NCBI GenBank assembly: GCA_030432755.1
Contig: JAUILZ010000001.1
Location: 203,388 to 267,387 of the forward strand
Length of the DNA: 64,000 nucleotides
Source of the DNA: Gammaproteobacteria bacterium
Lineage (GTDB): Bacteria > Pseudomonadota > Gammaproteobacteria > Arenicellales > Poriferihabitantaceae
Direction: 5' to 3'
Shown here: positions 28,693 to 38,195 of the stretch, piece after piece
Numbering within the stretch: the stretch's first letter is position 1
Layout of the letters: each line of letters opens with the position of its first letter
Program-made: the position numbers and the translations under genes
Notes under the pieces: model-generated
What the model saw: only the letters and a program-made list of their open reading frames with translations
What the model was told of the DNA's origin: nothing
Database searches by the model: none

Positions 28693-30030
28693 TCAGGCCA
28701 CGAGGTCGATTGCCGCGTCGAATGCGCCCAGGGTGCGCTCCAGCGCAACTTCGTCGTGGGCCGACGAACACATCCCCCCCGGCCAGGGCGCCAGGTCGAC
28801 GCCGTTCGCCATCAGGGCGAGGCGGAGCAGGCGGACCTGTTCGGCGTCCTGCTGCAACAGGGTCTCCACTGGCAGCGCGAACGGGTCGAAGCAGCGCGGG
28901 TCCAGCGGCACGCCCGCGGCATTGAGGAACAGCTGGAACACCGAGGAGCGGCCGTGCGCGGCCCAGGGGACTCCACGGCGGGCGAAGAGGTCGTTGAGCC
29001 CGTCGCGCAACGTCGCCGCGTAAGCGGCGGCCGATTCGCAGGGACTGTCCCGGGCGATGATTTCCAGCGTAGCGCGTCCCGCCGCCGCGCTCACCGGATT
29101 GGCGTTGAACGTGCCCGGGTGGTAGACCTTCTGTTTGCCTTCCGGCTGTGCGAAGTCGAGGCCGGCCATCACGTCCTCGCGTCCGCAAACCGCGCCCCCG
29201 GGCAGGCCGCCGGCGACGATCTTGGCGAGAGCGGTGAGGTCCGGGATCACGCCCGTGGCGCCCTGAACCCCGCCCGGTGAGACACGAAATCCGGTGATGA
29301 CCTCGTCGAAGATCAGCAGAATGCCGTGGGCGTCGCAGCGATCGCGCAGGATGGCGAGGAAGGCGTCATCCATCGGCAGCCGCCCGGTACCGGCGCCCAG
29401 CGGTTCCACCAGCATGGCGGCGATCTCGCCAGCGTGTTCAGCAAGCAGGCGATCCAGAGAGTCGACATCACCCTGGTCGGCGAGCAGCAGGTTGTCGCCC
29501 AGGTTGCCGGGCACGCCCACGGGGGTGCCGTGGGCGAAGTGACTCAGGTACCCCGCGGCCATGTCGTCCAGCCAGCCGTGGAAGTGGCGCCGGAAACGCA
29601 GCAGGCGCTGCCGACCGGTGTAGGCGCGCGCGAGTCGCACAGCCATCTGCGTCGCCTCGGTGCCGGAGGCGGTAAAGCGGACCCGCTGCGCCGACGGCAC
29701 CATGTCGATGATGCATTCCGCCCAGGCGATTTCCGCGGCGTGACCGGCGGCGAAATGGGTACCGCGGTCGAGTGCGGCGTGGATTGCCCGGGTCACCTCC
29801 GGGTGCGCGTGGCCGAGTAGCAGGGCGCCGTGTCCACCAAAGTAGTCGACGTATTCATTGCCATCGACATCGACCTTGATTGCACCTGCGGCGCTCTGAA
29901 CGTAGAGCCCGTGCGGCTGGATGAAACGTGAGTCATGGGTGACGCCGGAGGGAAATACCTCGCGCGCGGATGCCTGCAGGGCAGCGGACCCCGGGGTGCG
30001 CTCGCGATAGGCGGTTTCGACTGGATGCAT
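28693..30030 (-). CDS. PLP-dependent aminotransferase class III (glutamate-1-semialdehyde aminomutase-like)
   Basis: FTASGTEATQMAVRLARAYTG; LLIFDEVITGFR; DLTALAKIVAGGLPGGAVCGR. Confidence 0.85.
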   Translation of the reverse strand: MHPVETAYRERTPGSAALQASAREVFPSGVTHDSRFIQPHGLYVQSAAGAIKVDVDGNEYVDYFGGHGALLLGHAHPEVTRAIHAALDRGTHFAAGHAAEIAWAECIIDMVPSAQRVRFTASGTEATQMAVRLARAYTGRQRLLRFRRHFHGWLDDMAAGYLSHFAHGTPVGVPGNLGDNLLLADQGDVDSLDRLLAEHAGEIAAMLVEPLGAGTGRLPMDDAFLAILRDRCDAHGILLIFDEVITGFRVSPGGVQGATGVIPDLTALAKIVAGGLPGGAVCGREDVMAGLDFAQPEGKQKVYHPGTFNANPVSAAAGRATLEIIARDSPCESAAAYAATLRDGLNDLFARRGVPWAAHGRSSVFQLFLNAAGVPLDPRCFDPFALPVETLLQQDAEQVRLLRLALMANGVDLAPWPGGMCSSAHDEVALERTLGAFDAAIDLVA

Positions 30031-30071
30031 GGGTATGGGAAGGCTAGGCAAGTGACGGGGCGAAGTTTAGT

Positions 30072-31070
30072 ATGCCGACTTCCCCATTCAAAACGGAGGC
30101 GATCCTGGAACGGCCCCTGACACTGGCGGCGGCGCAGCTCGGTCCCATCGCACGCGATGCAACCCGTGCTGCGGTGGTTGCGCGGCTTGTCGCCCTGCTC
30201 GAGCAGGCCGCGGCGCGTGGCTGCCGCCTGGTGGTTTTTCCGGAAATGGCGCTCACCACCTTTTTCCCGCGCTGGCATATCGATGACGAAGACGAGGTGA
30301 CGGCGTTCTTCGAGACCGACATGCCCAATGCCGCGGTGGCGCCGCTGTTCGACAGTGCCGCCCGCCTGGGTATCGGTTTCTACCTCGGTTACTGCGAGCA
30401 GGTGGGCAGCGGCGAGGGCAGACGTCGCTACAATACCGCGATCCTGGTGGACGCTGCCGGCAACATCGCCGGCAAGTACCGCAAGGTCCACGTCCCCGGA
30501 AACCCGGTCTACGACCCTGCGCTGAAGCTGCAGCACCTCGAGCCCTGGTACTTCGCCGACGGCGATCTCGGCTTCCCGGTATTCGACTGCCTCGGCGCGC
30601 GCATCGGCCTCCTGATCTGTAACGACCGCCGCTGGCCTGAGCCGTGGCGGGTGCTGGCGCTGCAGGGCGCGGAACTCGTCCTCCTGGGTTACAACTCGCC
30701 CGCGCAGCTGCCGGACAATCCGCGCCAGAACGCGCTCCGCACCGAGCATCACCAGTTACCGATGCGCGCCGCGGCCTACCAGAACGGCCTATGGGTGGTG
30801 GCAACCGCCAAGGCGGGGCACGAGGAAGGCTGCGACATGATGGGCGGGTCCTGCGTCATCGCGCCGTCGGGCGAGGTGGTGGCGATCAGTTCCACCCTGG
30901 GAGATGAACTTCTGGTCTATACCGCCGATCTCGCACTGACGGTGGAGTACAAGAAGTTTTTCGACTTCGCGCAGTACCGCCGTCCCGTGGCCTACCGGCT
31001 CATCAGCGAGCGCCAGGGCGTGGGCGAACCCCTGGACAGGGCGGCATGGCAAAAGAGCCTCGAAACATGA
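30072..31070 (+). CDS. carbon-nitrogen hydrolase, N-carbamoyl-D-amino acid hydrolase-like
   Basis: LVVFPEMALTTFFPRW; GKYRKVHVPG; LLICNDRRWPEPWRVLAL (catalytic Glu/Lys/Cys). Confidence 0.85.
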   Translation: MPTSPFKTEAILERPLTLAAAQLGPIARDATRAAVVARLVALLEQAAARGCRLVVFPEMALTTFFPRWHIDDEDEVTAFFETDMPNAAVAPLFDSAARLGIGFYLGYCEQVGSGEGRRRYNTAILVDAAGNIAGKYRKVHVPGNPVYDPALKLQHLEPWYFADGDLGFPVFDCLGARIGLLICNDRRWPEPWRVLALQGAELVLLGYNSPAQLPDNPRQNALRTEHHQLPMRAAAYQNGLWVVATAKAGHEEGCDMMGGSCVIAPSGEVVAISSTLGDELLVYTADLALTVEYKKFFDFAQYRRPVAYRLISERQGVGEPLDRAAWQKSLET

Positions 31071-31489
31071 CCCCGGTGTTCGTGTTCGGAACGCTCAAGG
31101 CGGGCTTCCCCAACCATCATCACAACGACGGCAGGTTGCTGGGGCGATTCGTCACGCGCGAGCGCTTTCCGCTCTACCTGGCGGGTGAACGCTGCTCCCC
31201 CTGGCTGCTGGACATGCCGGGAACGGGCGAACGGGTTGCCGGCGAGGTCTACCTGGTGGACGATCCGGCACTTGCGCGCATGGACCGGCTGGAACGTACG
31301 CATGCACCGGACGGTTATCGCAGGCGCGAGATCATGGTGGAAGGCACGGAGGACGAAGTCCTCGAAGTACAGGTTTATCTCAAGCCTCCCGCCCAGTTCG
31401 ACCCGGCGTTGTTTCGTGGCGGGCCATACGCCGAATACACCGCGGAACATGCTGCACTGTACCGGCAACGCGCGGGGGTGGAGCCATGA
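31067..31489 (+). CDS. gamma-glutamylcyclotransferase-like (GGCT/AIG2) protein
   Basis: VFVFGTLKAGFPNHHHN...GEVYLVDDPALARMDRLE; overlaps upstream stop. Confidence 0.8.
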   Translation: MTPVFVFGTLKAGFPNHHHNDGRLLGRFVTRERFPLYLAGERCSPWLLDMPGTGERVAGEVYLVDDPALARMDRLERTHAPDGYRRREIMVEGTEDEVLEVQVYLKPPAQFDPALFRGGPYAEYTAEHAALYRQRAGVEP

Positions 31490-31905
31490 ACATCCGCGAG
31501 TTCCGCGACGGCGACACGAAAGCGGTGATCTCCCTCTGGCAGCGTTGCGGCCTCACGCGACCATGGAACGACCCATGGAAAGACGTAACGCGCAAGCTGT
31601 CTGCCGGCGATGGCTGGTTCCTGGTGGGAGAGGCCGATGACGAAGTCATCGCCTCCGTCATGGTGGGCTACGATGGGCATCGTGGGTCCATTTTCTATCT
31701 CGCCGTGGCGCCCGGCCATCGCGGCCGGGGATATGGCGCCGCGTTGATGCGGGACGCTGAAGAGCGGTTGCGGGCGGTCGGCTGCCCGAAACTCAACCTG
31801 CTGGTGCGGACCGACAACCACGAGGTGCTGGCTTTCTACGACGCGCTCGGCTACGCGGTCGATCCCGTGACCAGCCTGGGCAAGCGCCTGATCGCCGACG
31901 ACTGA
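31486..31905 (+). CDS. GNAT family N-acetyltransferase
   Basis: FYLAVAPGHRGRGYGAALMRDAEERLRAVGCPKLNLLVRTDNHEVLAFYDALGY. Confidence 0.9.
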   Translation: MNIREFRDGDTKAVISLWQRCGLTRPWNDPWKDVTRKLSAGDGWFLVGEADDEVIASVMVGYDGHRGSIFYLAVAPGHRGRGYGAALMRDAEERLRAVGCPKLNLLVRTDNHEVLAFYDALGYAVDPVTSLGKRLIADD

Positions 31906-32040
31906 GAGAATGCGGTACTCGCCAGGCACCTGCGGCACCCGGTTGTCCCGTTCAGCTCCCAACGTGGCGCCCGGCGGGACCACGGCAAGAGCCTGACCCG
32001 ATTTGTCATCTGGGTGTAACCGCGACGACGACGCTACGCA

Positions 32041-33282
32041 ATGCAGCAGGATTTCTGGACCCAACTGACAACGGGGATCGGTTCCGACAGCGGGGTATTG
32101 ATGGCCGCGCTCGGCGTGATCCTGGTGAGCGGCCCGTCCATCAAGAGATTCTGCCACTGGCTCGGGATACCGTCGTCCGTCGGTTTTATCGTCCTCGGAC
32201 TGCTACTCGGCGCGCTTCTCGATTCTCCGGAGGGCGCGAAGGATTCTATCGCCGGTGCAGCATTTTCCGTGCTCGCCCAGCTCGGCGTGATTGCGCTCCT
32301 CTTTCGCGTGGGTCTGAAGAGCCATACCAGCGCACTGATCCGGAAACTGCCGGACGCGAGCCTGGTCTGGATCGGCAACGTGCTGGGCTCCACGGCCACG
32401 GGCTATCTCGTCTCCCGCTACGTGTTCGACTGGTCGCTCGAGACCAGTCTCGTCATCGGCACGGCGTTCAGCGCGACGAGCATCGCCGTGTCCATGGCGG
32501 TATGGGACGAACTCGGGCTCGCGGATTCGGACGAGGGGGCACTGCTGCTGGATGTCGCCGAGTTGGACGATCTCTCGGCCGCCGTCATCCTCGCAGTGCT
32601 CCTGGGCACGTTGCCCGCGCTTCTCAACGGCAGCGACGGAATCTGGCTCGCGGCAGGATCGGCGTCGGTCGTTGTCCTCGTCAAGCTTGCTGCATTTGTC
32701 GCCGGCTGTTACCTGTTTGCCCACTACCTCGAGGAGCGTTTCACCGCCTTCAACCGGCGGATGAGCGATACGCCGGCCTCACTGACGATATCCATCCTGG
32801 GCGCGGGACTGGTGATCGCGGCGCTGGCCGAATCCCTGGGTTTTTCGGTGGCGATAGGCGCCCTGTTCGCCGGGCTCGCCTTCAGCCGGGACCAGGACGC
32901 GGTTCGCACGGACGGCGGCTTCACTTATCTTCACGAGCTGCTCGCACCGTTCTTCTTCATCCACATCGGCATGCAGACCGACGTTGCCGCGCTGGCGGGG
33001 GCGGTGGATACCGGCCTGTTGCTATTGCTGGCCGCTGCCGCGTCCAAACTCATTTTTACCTTCCTGCCCGCGATCCTGTCGATGGGCTCCAGGGAGGCAA
33101 TGGCTCTCGGTGTGAGCATGATCCCGCGCGCGGAGATCGCGCTGGTGGTCGTCTACGAGTGCAGGCTGATCGACCCGGAGATCGTCCCGCCGACGGTGTT
33201 TTCCGGCATGGTACTGGTTTCCCTGGGAACGAGCATGCTGTCGCCCATCCTCCTGCGGCGCTTGCTGGACCGGGAGAGTTGA
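32041..33282 (+). CDS. cation:proton antiporter (CPA2/KefB-like)
   Basis: Multi-TM; VGFIVLGLLLGALL, GTAFSATSIAVS, LGFSVAIGALFAGLAFS. Confidence 0.85.
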   Translation: MQQDFWTQLTTGIGSDSGVLMAALGVILVSGPSIKRFCHWLGIPSSVGFIVLGLLLGALLDSPEGAKDSIAGAAFSVLAQLGVIALLFRVGLKSHTSALIRKLPDASLVWIGNVLGSTATGYLVSRYVFDWSLETSLVIGTAFSATSIAVSMAVWDELGLADSDEGALLLDVAELDDLSAAVILAVLLGTLPALLNGSDGIWLAAGSASVVVLVKLAAFVAGCYLFAHYLEERFTAFNRRMSDTPASLTISILGAGLVIAALAESLGFSVAIGALFAGLAFSRDQDAVRTDGGFTYLHELLAPFFFIHIGMQTDVAALAGAVDTGLLLLLAAAASKLIFTFLPAILSMGSREAMALGVSMIPRAEIALVVVYECRLIDPEIVPPTVFSGMVLVSLGTSMLSPILLRRLLDRES

Positions 33283-33309
33283 CCGCCAGGGCGGCGGGGC
33301 CACGGCCGA

Positions 33310-33912
33310 TCACGCCTGTTGCCTTTCCGGCGCCCCGGATCGATGCCGGTAATCCATGTACAGCGTCCCCAGGATCGCACCGAGCAGGTTGGCCACGAGA
33401 TCGAGCGCGGTGTTGGTGTAACCGCCGACGCCGGTGGTGCCGGTCACGATGACAGCGGCGAATTCGATGACCTCGTTGAGCGCGCCGATGCTCGAGGCGG
33501 CGAGAATCGTCACCACGCAGACCGTCGCCGGGTTGGCATCCGCGCGGGATATTTTCCGCACTACGCTCCACATCAGGATCGCCATCACCACGTAGCAGAA
33601 CACGTGCACGAACTGGTCGTAGCGAAGGATGTCGTAGGGTTCGCCGACCAGGTCGACCAGGACAATATCGTAGAAGCGTGTTCCTTTCCAGGAAGCCAGG
33701 CCCCCGAGGCTGTGCAGGATCAACCAGACGTTGAACAGCCACAGCCCGATCGCCTCGAAGCCGAAGTAGCGGTCGGTGCGGTAGAGAATCGTCACCAGCA
33801 CCGTAGCCGTAATCGCGTACAGCAGGAACTCGTAGTTCCGCAGAAAGAGCGTCAGCAGTACCAGGAGCCCCGCGAGGCAGAAACCGAGCAGGTAGGGAAG
33901 CTTGGGCCGCAT
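33310..33912 (-). CDS. DUF2238 (YjdF-like) inner membrane protein
   Basis: FEAIGLWLFNVWLILHSLGGL, YDQFVHVFCY, NTALDLVANLLGAILG. Confidence 0.8.
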   Translation of the reverse strand: MRPKLPYLLGFCLAGLLVLLTLFLRNYEFLLYAITATVLVTILYRTDRYFGFEAIGLWLFNVWLILHSLGGLASWKGTRFYDIVLVDLVGEPYDILRYDQFVHVFCYVVMAILMWSVVRKISRADANPATVCVVTILAASSIGALNEVIEFAAVIVTGTTGVGGYTNTALDLVANLLGAILGTLYMDYRHRSGAPERQQA

Positions 33913-34042
33913 GGTGATCAGGTCAATGGCGAGATGGGTGGCTGATGTGCATCTTGCCCCGCCGGCTGGCGCGTTTCGATCACGCGCATTCCGGGGAATG
34001 AATTCGGCAACCAGCAGAGAGCGTGTAACAGCAGCCGGAAAG

Positions 34043-34132
<90 letters not shown>

Positions 34133-34180
34133 GAAGTATCCGGCTGGCCTGGCAAACTCGCACGCCAGGTCAGAGAATTT

Positions 34181-35563
34181 CTACCGGCTTTCCCGCGCCA
34201 CCTTGGCGGCGATGCGGTATTGGCGCGGGTCGATCTTGTGGCGGTGCAGCAGCTTGTAGAACTCGGTGCGGTTGCGCCCGGCCTGGCGCGCAGCGTGGGT
34301 GACGTTCCCCGCCGTGATCTGCAGCAGGCGCACGAGGTAGTCGCGCTCGAACCGGCTCTGGGCGCGGGCGAGGGGTTCGCTCGGTTCGCTGTCGCCCTTG
34401 ATCGCCTTCAGTACCAGTGACTCGGGAATGACAGGCGTGGTGCTGAGCACCGCCACCTGTTCCACCACGTTCATCAGCTGGCGCACGTTGCCCGGCCAGC
34501 GCGCCATGGTGAGCAGCGCCAGCGCCTGGGGCGAGAACGAGCGCGCCACCAGGTGGCCGTCGCGTTTGCGGATCTCGGAGAGAAAATGCACCGCCAGCAG
34601 CGAGATGTCCTCCTTGCGTTCCGCGAGCGAGGGCAGTTCCAGGGTGATGACGTTGAGACGGTAGTAGAGATCCTCGCGGAAAGTTCCCGCCTTCACCGCC
34701 TGCTCGAGGTCGTGGTGAGTGGCGGAAATGATGCGCACGTCCACTGGCGTGTGGTGATTGCCGCCCACCTGGCGCACCTGCTTGTCCTGCAGGAAGCGCA
34801 GCATCTTGGCCTGGATCTCGAGCGGCATGTCGCCGATCTCGTCGAGGAACAGCGTGCCCTGGTTCGCTTCCACAACCAGCCCGGCGCGCTGGCGGTCGGC
34901 GCCGGTGAACGAGCCCCTGGCGTGACCGAACAGTTCGGATTCAAACAGCGACTCGGGAATGGCAGTACAGTTGATCGGCACGAATGGCTTGCCCGCGCGC
35001 GGGCTTAAGTCGTGGATCGCGCGCGCCAGCAATTCCTTGCCGGTGCCGCTGGGGCTTTGTATCAGCACGCTGGCATCGCTCGGCGCCACCCGCCGCGCCT
35101 CCTGCAGCAGGGTCTCGAGCTTGGGACTGCAACCGATGATGCGCTTGCGCCAGGTATCGTTGGCCTGGTCGGTGCTTTCCGCGTCCCGCACCGGCGTGCC
35201 CACTTCCAGCGCAAGCCGGATCTCCTTGAGCAGCTGCTGGCTGTCGAAGGGCTTTGTGAGATAGGAGAACACACCTTCGCGGGTGGCGCTGACCGCGTCC
35301 GGAATGGTGCCGTGGGCCGTCAGGATGATGATCGGCAGCGTCGGATAGCGCGCATGCACCTCGCGGAACAGCTGCATGCCATCCATTCCCGGCATGCGCA
35401 GGTCGGTGACGATCACGTCGGGCTGGAACGCCGGCAGCGTGGACAGCGCGCGTTCCGCCGAGTCGGCGGTGGCCGGCGTGAAACCGTTGGCCTTGAGTCG
35501 GATGCTGAGCAGGCGCAGCAGGCTGGGATCGTCGTCAACTACCAGTATTCGAGGGTTGTGCAT
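34181..35563 (-). CDS. glrR: sigma-54-dependent response regulator (GlrR/QseF-like)
   Basis: REC domain, SPSGTGKELLARAIH, GSFTGADRQ, C-terminal HTH; operon context. Confidence 0.9.
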   Translation of the reverse strand: MHNPRILVVDDDPSLLRLLSIRLKANGFTPATADSAERALSTLPAFQPDVIVTDLRMPGMDGMQLFREVHARYPTLPIIILTAHGTIPDAVSATREGVFSYLTKPFDSQQLLKEIRLALEVGTPVRDAESTDQANDTWRKRIIGCSPKLETLLQEARRVAPSDASVLIQSPSGTGKELLARAIHDLSPRAGKPFVPINCTAIPESLFESELFGHARGSFTGADRQRAGLVVEANQGTLFLDEIGDMPLEIQAKMLRFLQDKQVRQVGGNHHTPVDVRIISATHHDLEQAVKAGTFREDLYYRLNVITLELPSLAERKEDISLLAVHFLSEIRKRDGHLVARSFSPQALALLTMARWPGNVRQLMNVVEQVAVLSTTPVIPESLVLKAIKGDSEPSEPLARAQSRFERDYLVRLLQITAGNVTHAARQAGRNRTEFYKLLHRHKIDPRQYRIAAKVARESR

Positions 35564-36167
35564 CTTCTATGCCCGTGGTGGCTGGTGTGGAAAGGGATTG
35601 CTCGGTGGCATTGATGTCGGCCTCGAGCTTCTTGAGTTCTTCCAGTTTGTGTTCGAGCGCGGAGATCTCGTCGGCGCGCGATGTGGCCTGCGACTGCACC
35701 TCCAGCAGCGCCTCTTCCTGGCGGCGGATCTTCTGCCGCTGGTTGTGCACCTGGACATGCAGTTCCTTGCGTTCGCGTGACTGGTACAGCAGCAGGTCCA
35801 CCAGGCGGCGCTCGTCCGCCTGCAGCTGGTCGGATTCACGGTAGTTTTCAAGGATCTCGATGGCGAGGTTGTCGTCGCTGATCGAGACTCCGGCCTGTCC
35901 CAGAAGGAGTCCGGTCTTGAGCTGGTCGCAGGAAAAGCCGTTCTGGTCATAGCTGCCGAGTTCGTTGCGCAGTGCCTCCATGGCGCTCGAATCAAGACGC
36001 GTAACGTTTTCGACGAAGACGTCCAGCGGACCGCAGGCGCGCAGTGGGGCGGTGGTGATCGTGTGCGAGACCTTGGGCGGCGTTTGCGGCGCCGGGGTGA
36101 CGCAGCTCGTGGCGAGGACGCCGAAGGTCAGCGACACTGCCAGGGTGGAAATTCGTCTAGTGTGCAT
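35535..36167 (-). CDS. qseG: QseG/YfhG-like outer membrane lipoprotein
   Basis: MHTRRISTLAVSLTFGVLATSC lipobox; coiled-coil C-terminus; lies between kinase and regulator genes. Confidence 0.75.
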   Translation of the reverse strand: MHTRRISTLAVSLTFGVLATSCVTPAPQTPPKVSHTITTAPLRACGPLDVFVENVTRLDSSAMEALRNELGSYDQNGFSCDQLKTGLLLGQAGVSISDDNLAIEILENYRESDQLQADERRLVDLLLYQSRERKELHVQVHNQRQKIRRQEEALLEVQSQATSRADEISALEHKLEELKKLEADINATEQSLSTPATTGIEDAQPSNTGS

Positions 36168-37635
36168 CGGCTGTTTTCTCCGCGAAGGGCTGGTTGGCGG
36201 GCAGCAGCACGCTGACGATGGCTCCGATGCCGCCGTTGGATATCTCGATCCGCCCGCCATGCAGATCGGCGTAGCGGCGTGCGATGGAAAGACCGAGCCC
36301 GGTACCCTTGATATGGCTGTCTGGCCGGACCCTGCCCTGGAAGAACGGCTTGAACACGTCTTCCTTTTCCCCTTCGTCGAATCCCGGGCCGCTGTCGCTG
36401 ACCCGGAGGTTGATGCCATCGTCGTCCACCGTGGTGGTAATGCGAATCGTGCCGCCCCGGGGCGAGTACTTGATCGCATTGGTGAGAATGTTCTCGAACA
36501 GCGTTTCGAGCTGCGCCTGGTTGCCGACGATGCGCGCCGGCGGGGTCTCGTGCTCCACCGTGATCTGGCGGCTCTTCAGGATCAGGTGCAATTTCTCGAT
36601 AAGCTTCTCGATCACCAGCTTGATGTTCACCGGCACCCGCGGATAGGGCTCGTCCATGGTGAGCGCGAGATTGAAATCGAGCAGTGACTCGAGCTGGTTC
36701 TGCAGCAGCCTGGTGTTCTGGTTGATGATGTCGAGAATTTCCTGCTGCTCCGGGTTGAGCGTGCCGGTGACGCCTTCCTGCATCAGTTCGCTGCCTTCGC
36801 GGATCGCGGTCAGCGGGGTTTTCAGCTCGTGGGACACGTTCTGCAGGAAGGTGATCTTCTGCTGTTCGATCTGTGACAGGCGATCGGAAAGCCACGCAAG
36901 CTGTTCCCCCAGGGCGGCGATGTTGCGCGGCCCGCCGACGTGGGTGTCCTCGGGAAACTCGCCCTCGCCGAGGCGACGGATCAGCGAGATCACCTTCTTC
37001 AGCGGCCGGTTGATCACGCTGCTGCTGAGCAGCGCGAGAATGATGGCGGTGGGAATGATGATGACCAGCAGGAGCAGCAGCGATTCCCGTGATCGGCTGG
37101 TTTCTTCCGCCATGCGGGTGCGCGAGCGAGAGACGAATTCCCCGGCCTGAACCGGGATGGCCTCGAGCAGCCCTGAGAACTGGTTCAGGGATTCGGGACG
37201 CGGAGGCACCGGGAGGGGCTGCACGCCCGCGCCCAGGGCGCGGTGGCTGTTGATCTCTTCGAGTTCGGACTGGAGCGTTTGTTCCAGTTCCTCCAGCCGC
37301 TCAAGGCTCGCAAGCATCTGCTCGTCCACGGGCAGTTCGAGCAGCGTTCCCAGTGACTGGTCCAGCAGCTGGCTCTGCTCGCGGTAGCGGACGAGAAGAT
37401 CCGGATCCTGCAATATCAGGAACTGTTCCGCGCTGCGCTTGAGGCTGAGGGCCTGGGTGGTGACGAGGCGGCTGTTCTCCATCACCGACGCCGACTGGGC
37501 GAGAATGGTCTGCATCCGGTTCGAAAGGCGATCCATCTGGAATAGCAATGCCCCGAGGCCCGCCATGAGTGGCAGCGCCACCAGGAGGAAGCTGACCAGC
37601 ATGAGCCGGTACACGGTCTTCGCTTGTAACAGCAT
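36157..37635 (-). CDS. glrK: sensor histidine kinase (GlrK/QseE-like)
   Basis: FLQNVSHELKTPLTAIREGSELM; NAIKYSPRGG; DSGPGF; GTGLGLSIA. Confidence 0.9.
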   Translation of the reverse strand: MLLQAKTVYRLMLVSFLLVALPLMAGLGALLFQMDRLSNRMQTILAQSASVMENSRLVTTQALSLKRSAEQFLILQDPDLLVRYREQSQLLDQSLGTLLELPVDEQMLASLERLEELEQTLQSELEEINSHRALGAGVQPLPVPPRPESLNQFSGLLEAIPVQAGEFVSRSRTRMAEETSRSRESLLLLLVIIIPTAIILALLSSSVINRPLKKVISLIRRLGEGEFPEDTHVGGPRNIAALGEQLAWLSDRLSQIEQQKITFLQNVSHELKTPLTAIREGSELMQEGVTGTLNPEQQEILDIINQNTRLLQNQLESLLDFNLALTMDEPYPRVPVNIKLVIEKLIEKLHLILKSRQITVEHETPPARIVGNQAQLETLFENILTNAIKYSPRGGTIRITTTVDDDGINLRVSDSGPGFDEGEKEDVFKPFFQGRVRPDSHIKGTGLGLSIARRYADLHGGRIEISNGGIGAIVSVLLPANQPFAEKTADAH

Positions 37636-37698
37636 CGGCGGGCGCCCGCGGGGACGGTAGATCGGCGATTTTGCCAGCTCATGGCCCACCGGACAAAA

Positions 37699-37716
37699 TG
37701 TCGCCTTCTGGCGACA
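37699..37716. promoter_or_regulatory. putative GlrR-binding site
   Basis: TGTC-gccttctggc-GACA, exact match to TGTC-N10-GACA; degenerate copy TGTCGCCTCTTACATGCA at 37767-37784. Confidence 0.7.
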
Positions 37717-37859
37717 TCATTTTTACCATAAGAAACAATCAGATAGCAAACAGCGAGCACTCCTGGTGTCGCCTCTTACATGCAGTTATGCGGAGCGGTA
37801 AATGGATCTCACTTTAACTGCAGGCTCTAACTGATTGAATGTGAGAGAGCAAATTCCGC

Positions 37860-37875
37860 TGGCATGGAAGCTGCT
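37860..37875 (+). promoter_or_regulatory. putative sigma-54 (-24/-12) promoter
   Basis: TGGCATGGAAGCTGCT versus TGGCAC-N5-TTGCW; GG and GC elements correctly spaced; ATG 63 bp downstream. Confidence 0.6.
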
Positions 37876-37937
37876 ACTACCCCTGCAGGAACGGCCGAAG
37901 GGGCAGTTCCACTCAATCTCTCCCAGGAGAAGTAACA

Positions 37938-38180
37938 ATGTCACGAAAAATGCTGATCACCTCCATGGTCCTTCTCGGTGCCTCCCAGGCGTACGCCAAC
38001 GAGGAAGCGTTCAAGCAACTGGACATCGACCAGAGCGGCGCCATCAGCGCCGAGGAAGCGGCCGCCATCGAAGGCCTGCAGGAGACCATGGCCGAGTACG
38101 ACCTCAACGGGGACCGCGAACTCGACCAGCAGGAGTTCGCACAATTCGTCGCGGCCAGGGAATCGAAATCCGCTTCCTGA
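37938..38180 (+). CDS. secreted EF-hand protein, 80 aa
   Basis: Signal peptide MSRKMLITSMVLLGASQAYA; two EF-hand loops DIDQSGAISAEE and DLNGDRELDQQE; SD AGGAGA. Confidence 0.88.
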   Translation: MSRKMLITSMVLLGASQAYANEEAFKQLDIDQSGAISAEEAAAIEGLQETMAEYDLNGDRELDQQEFAQFVAARESKSAS

Positions 38181-38195
38181 CGGTCGTAACGGCAT

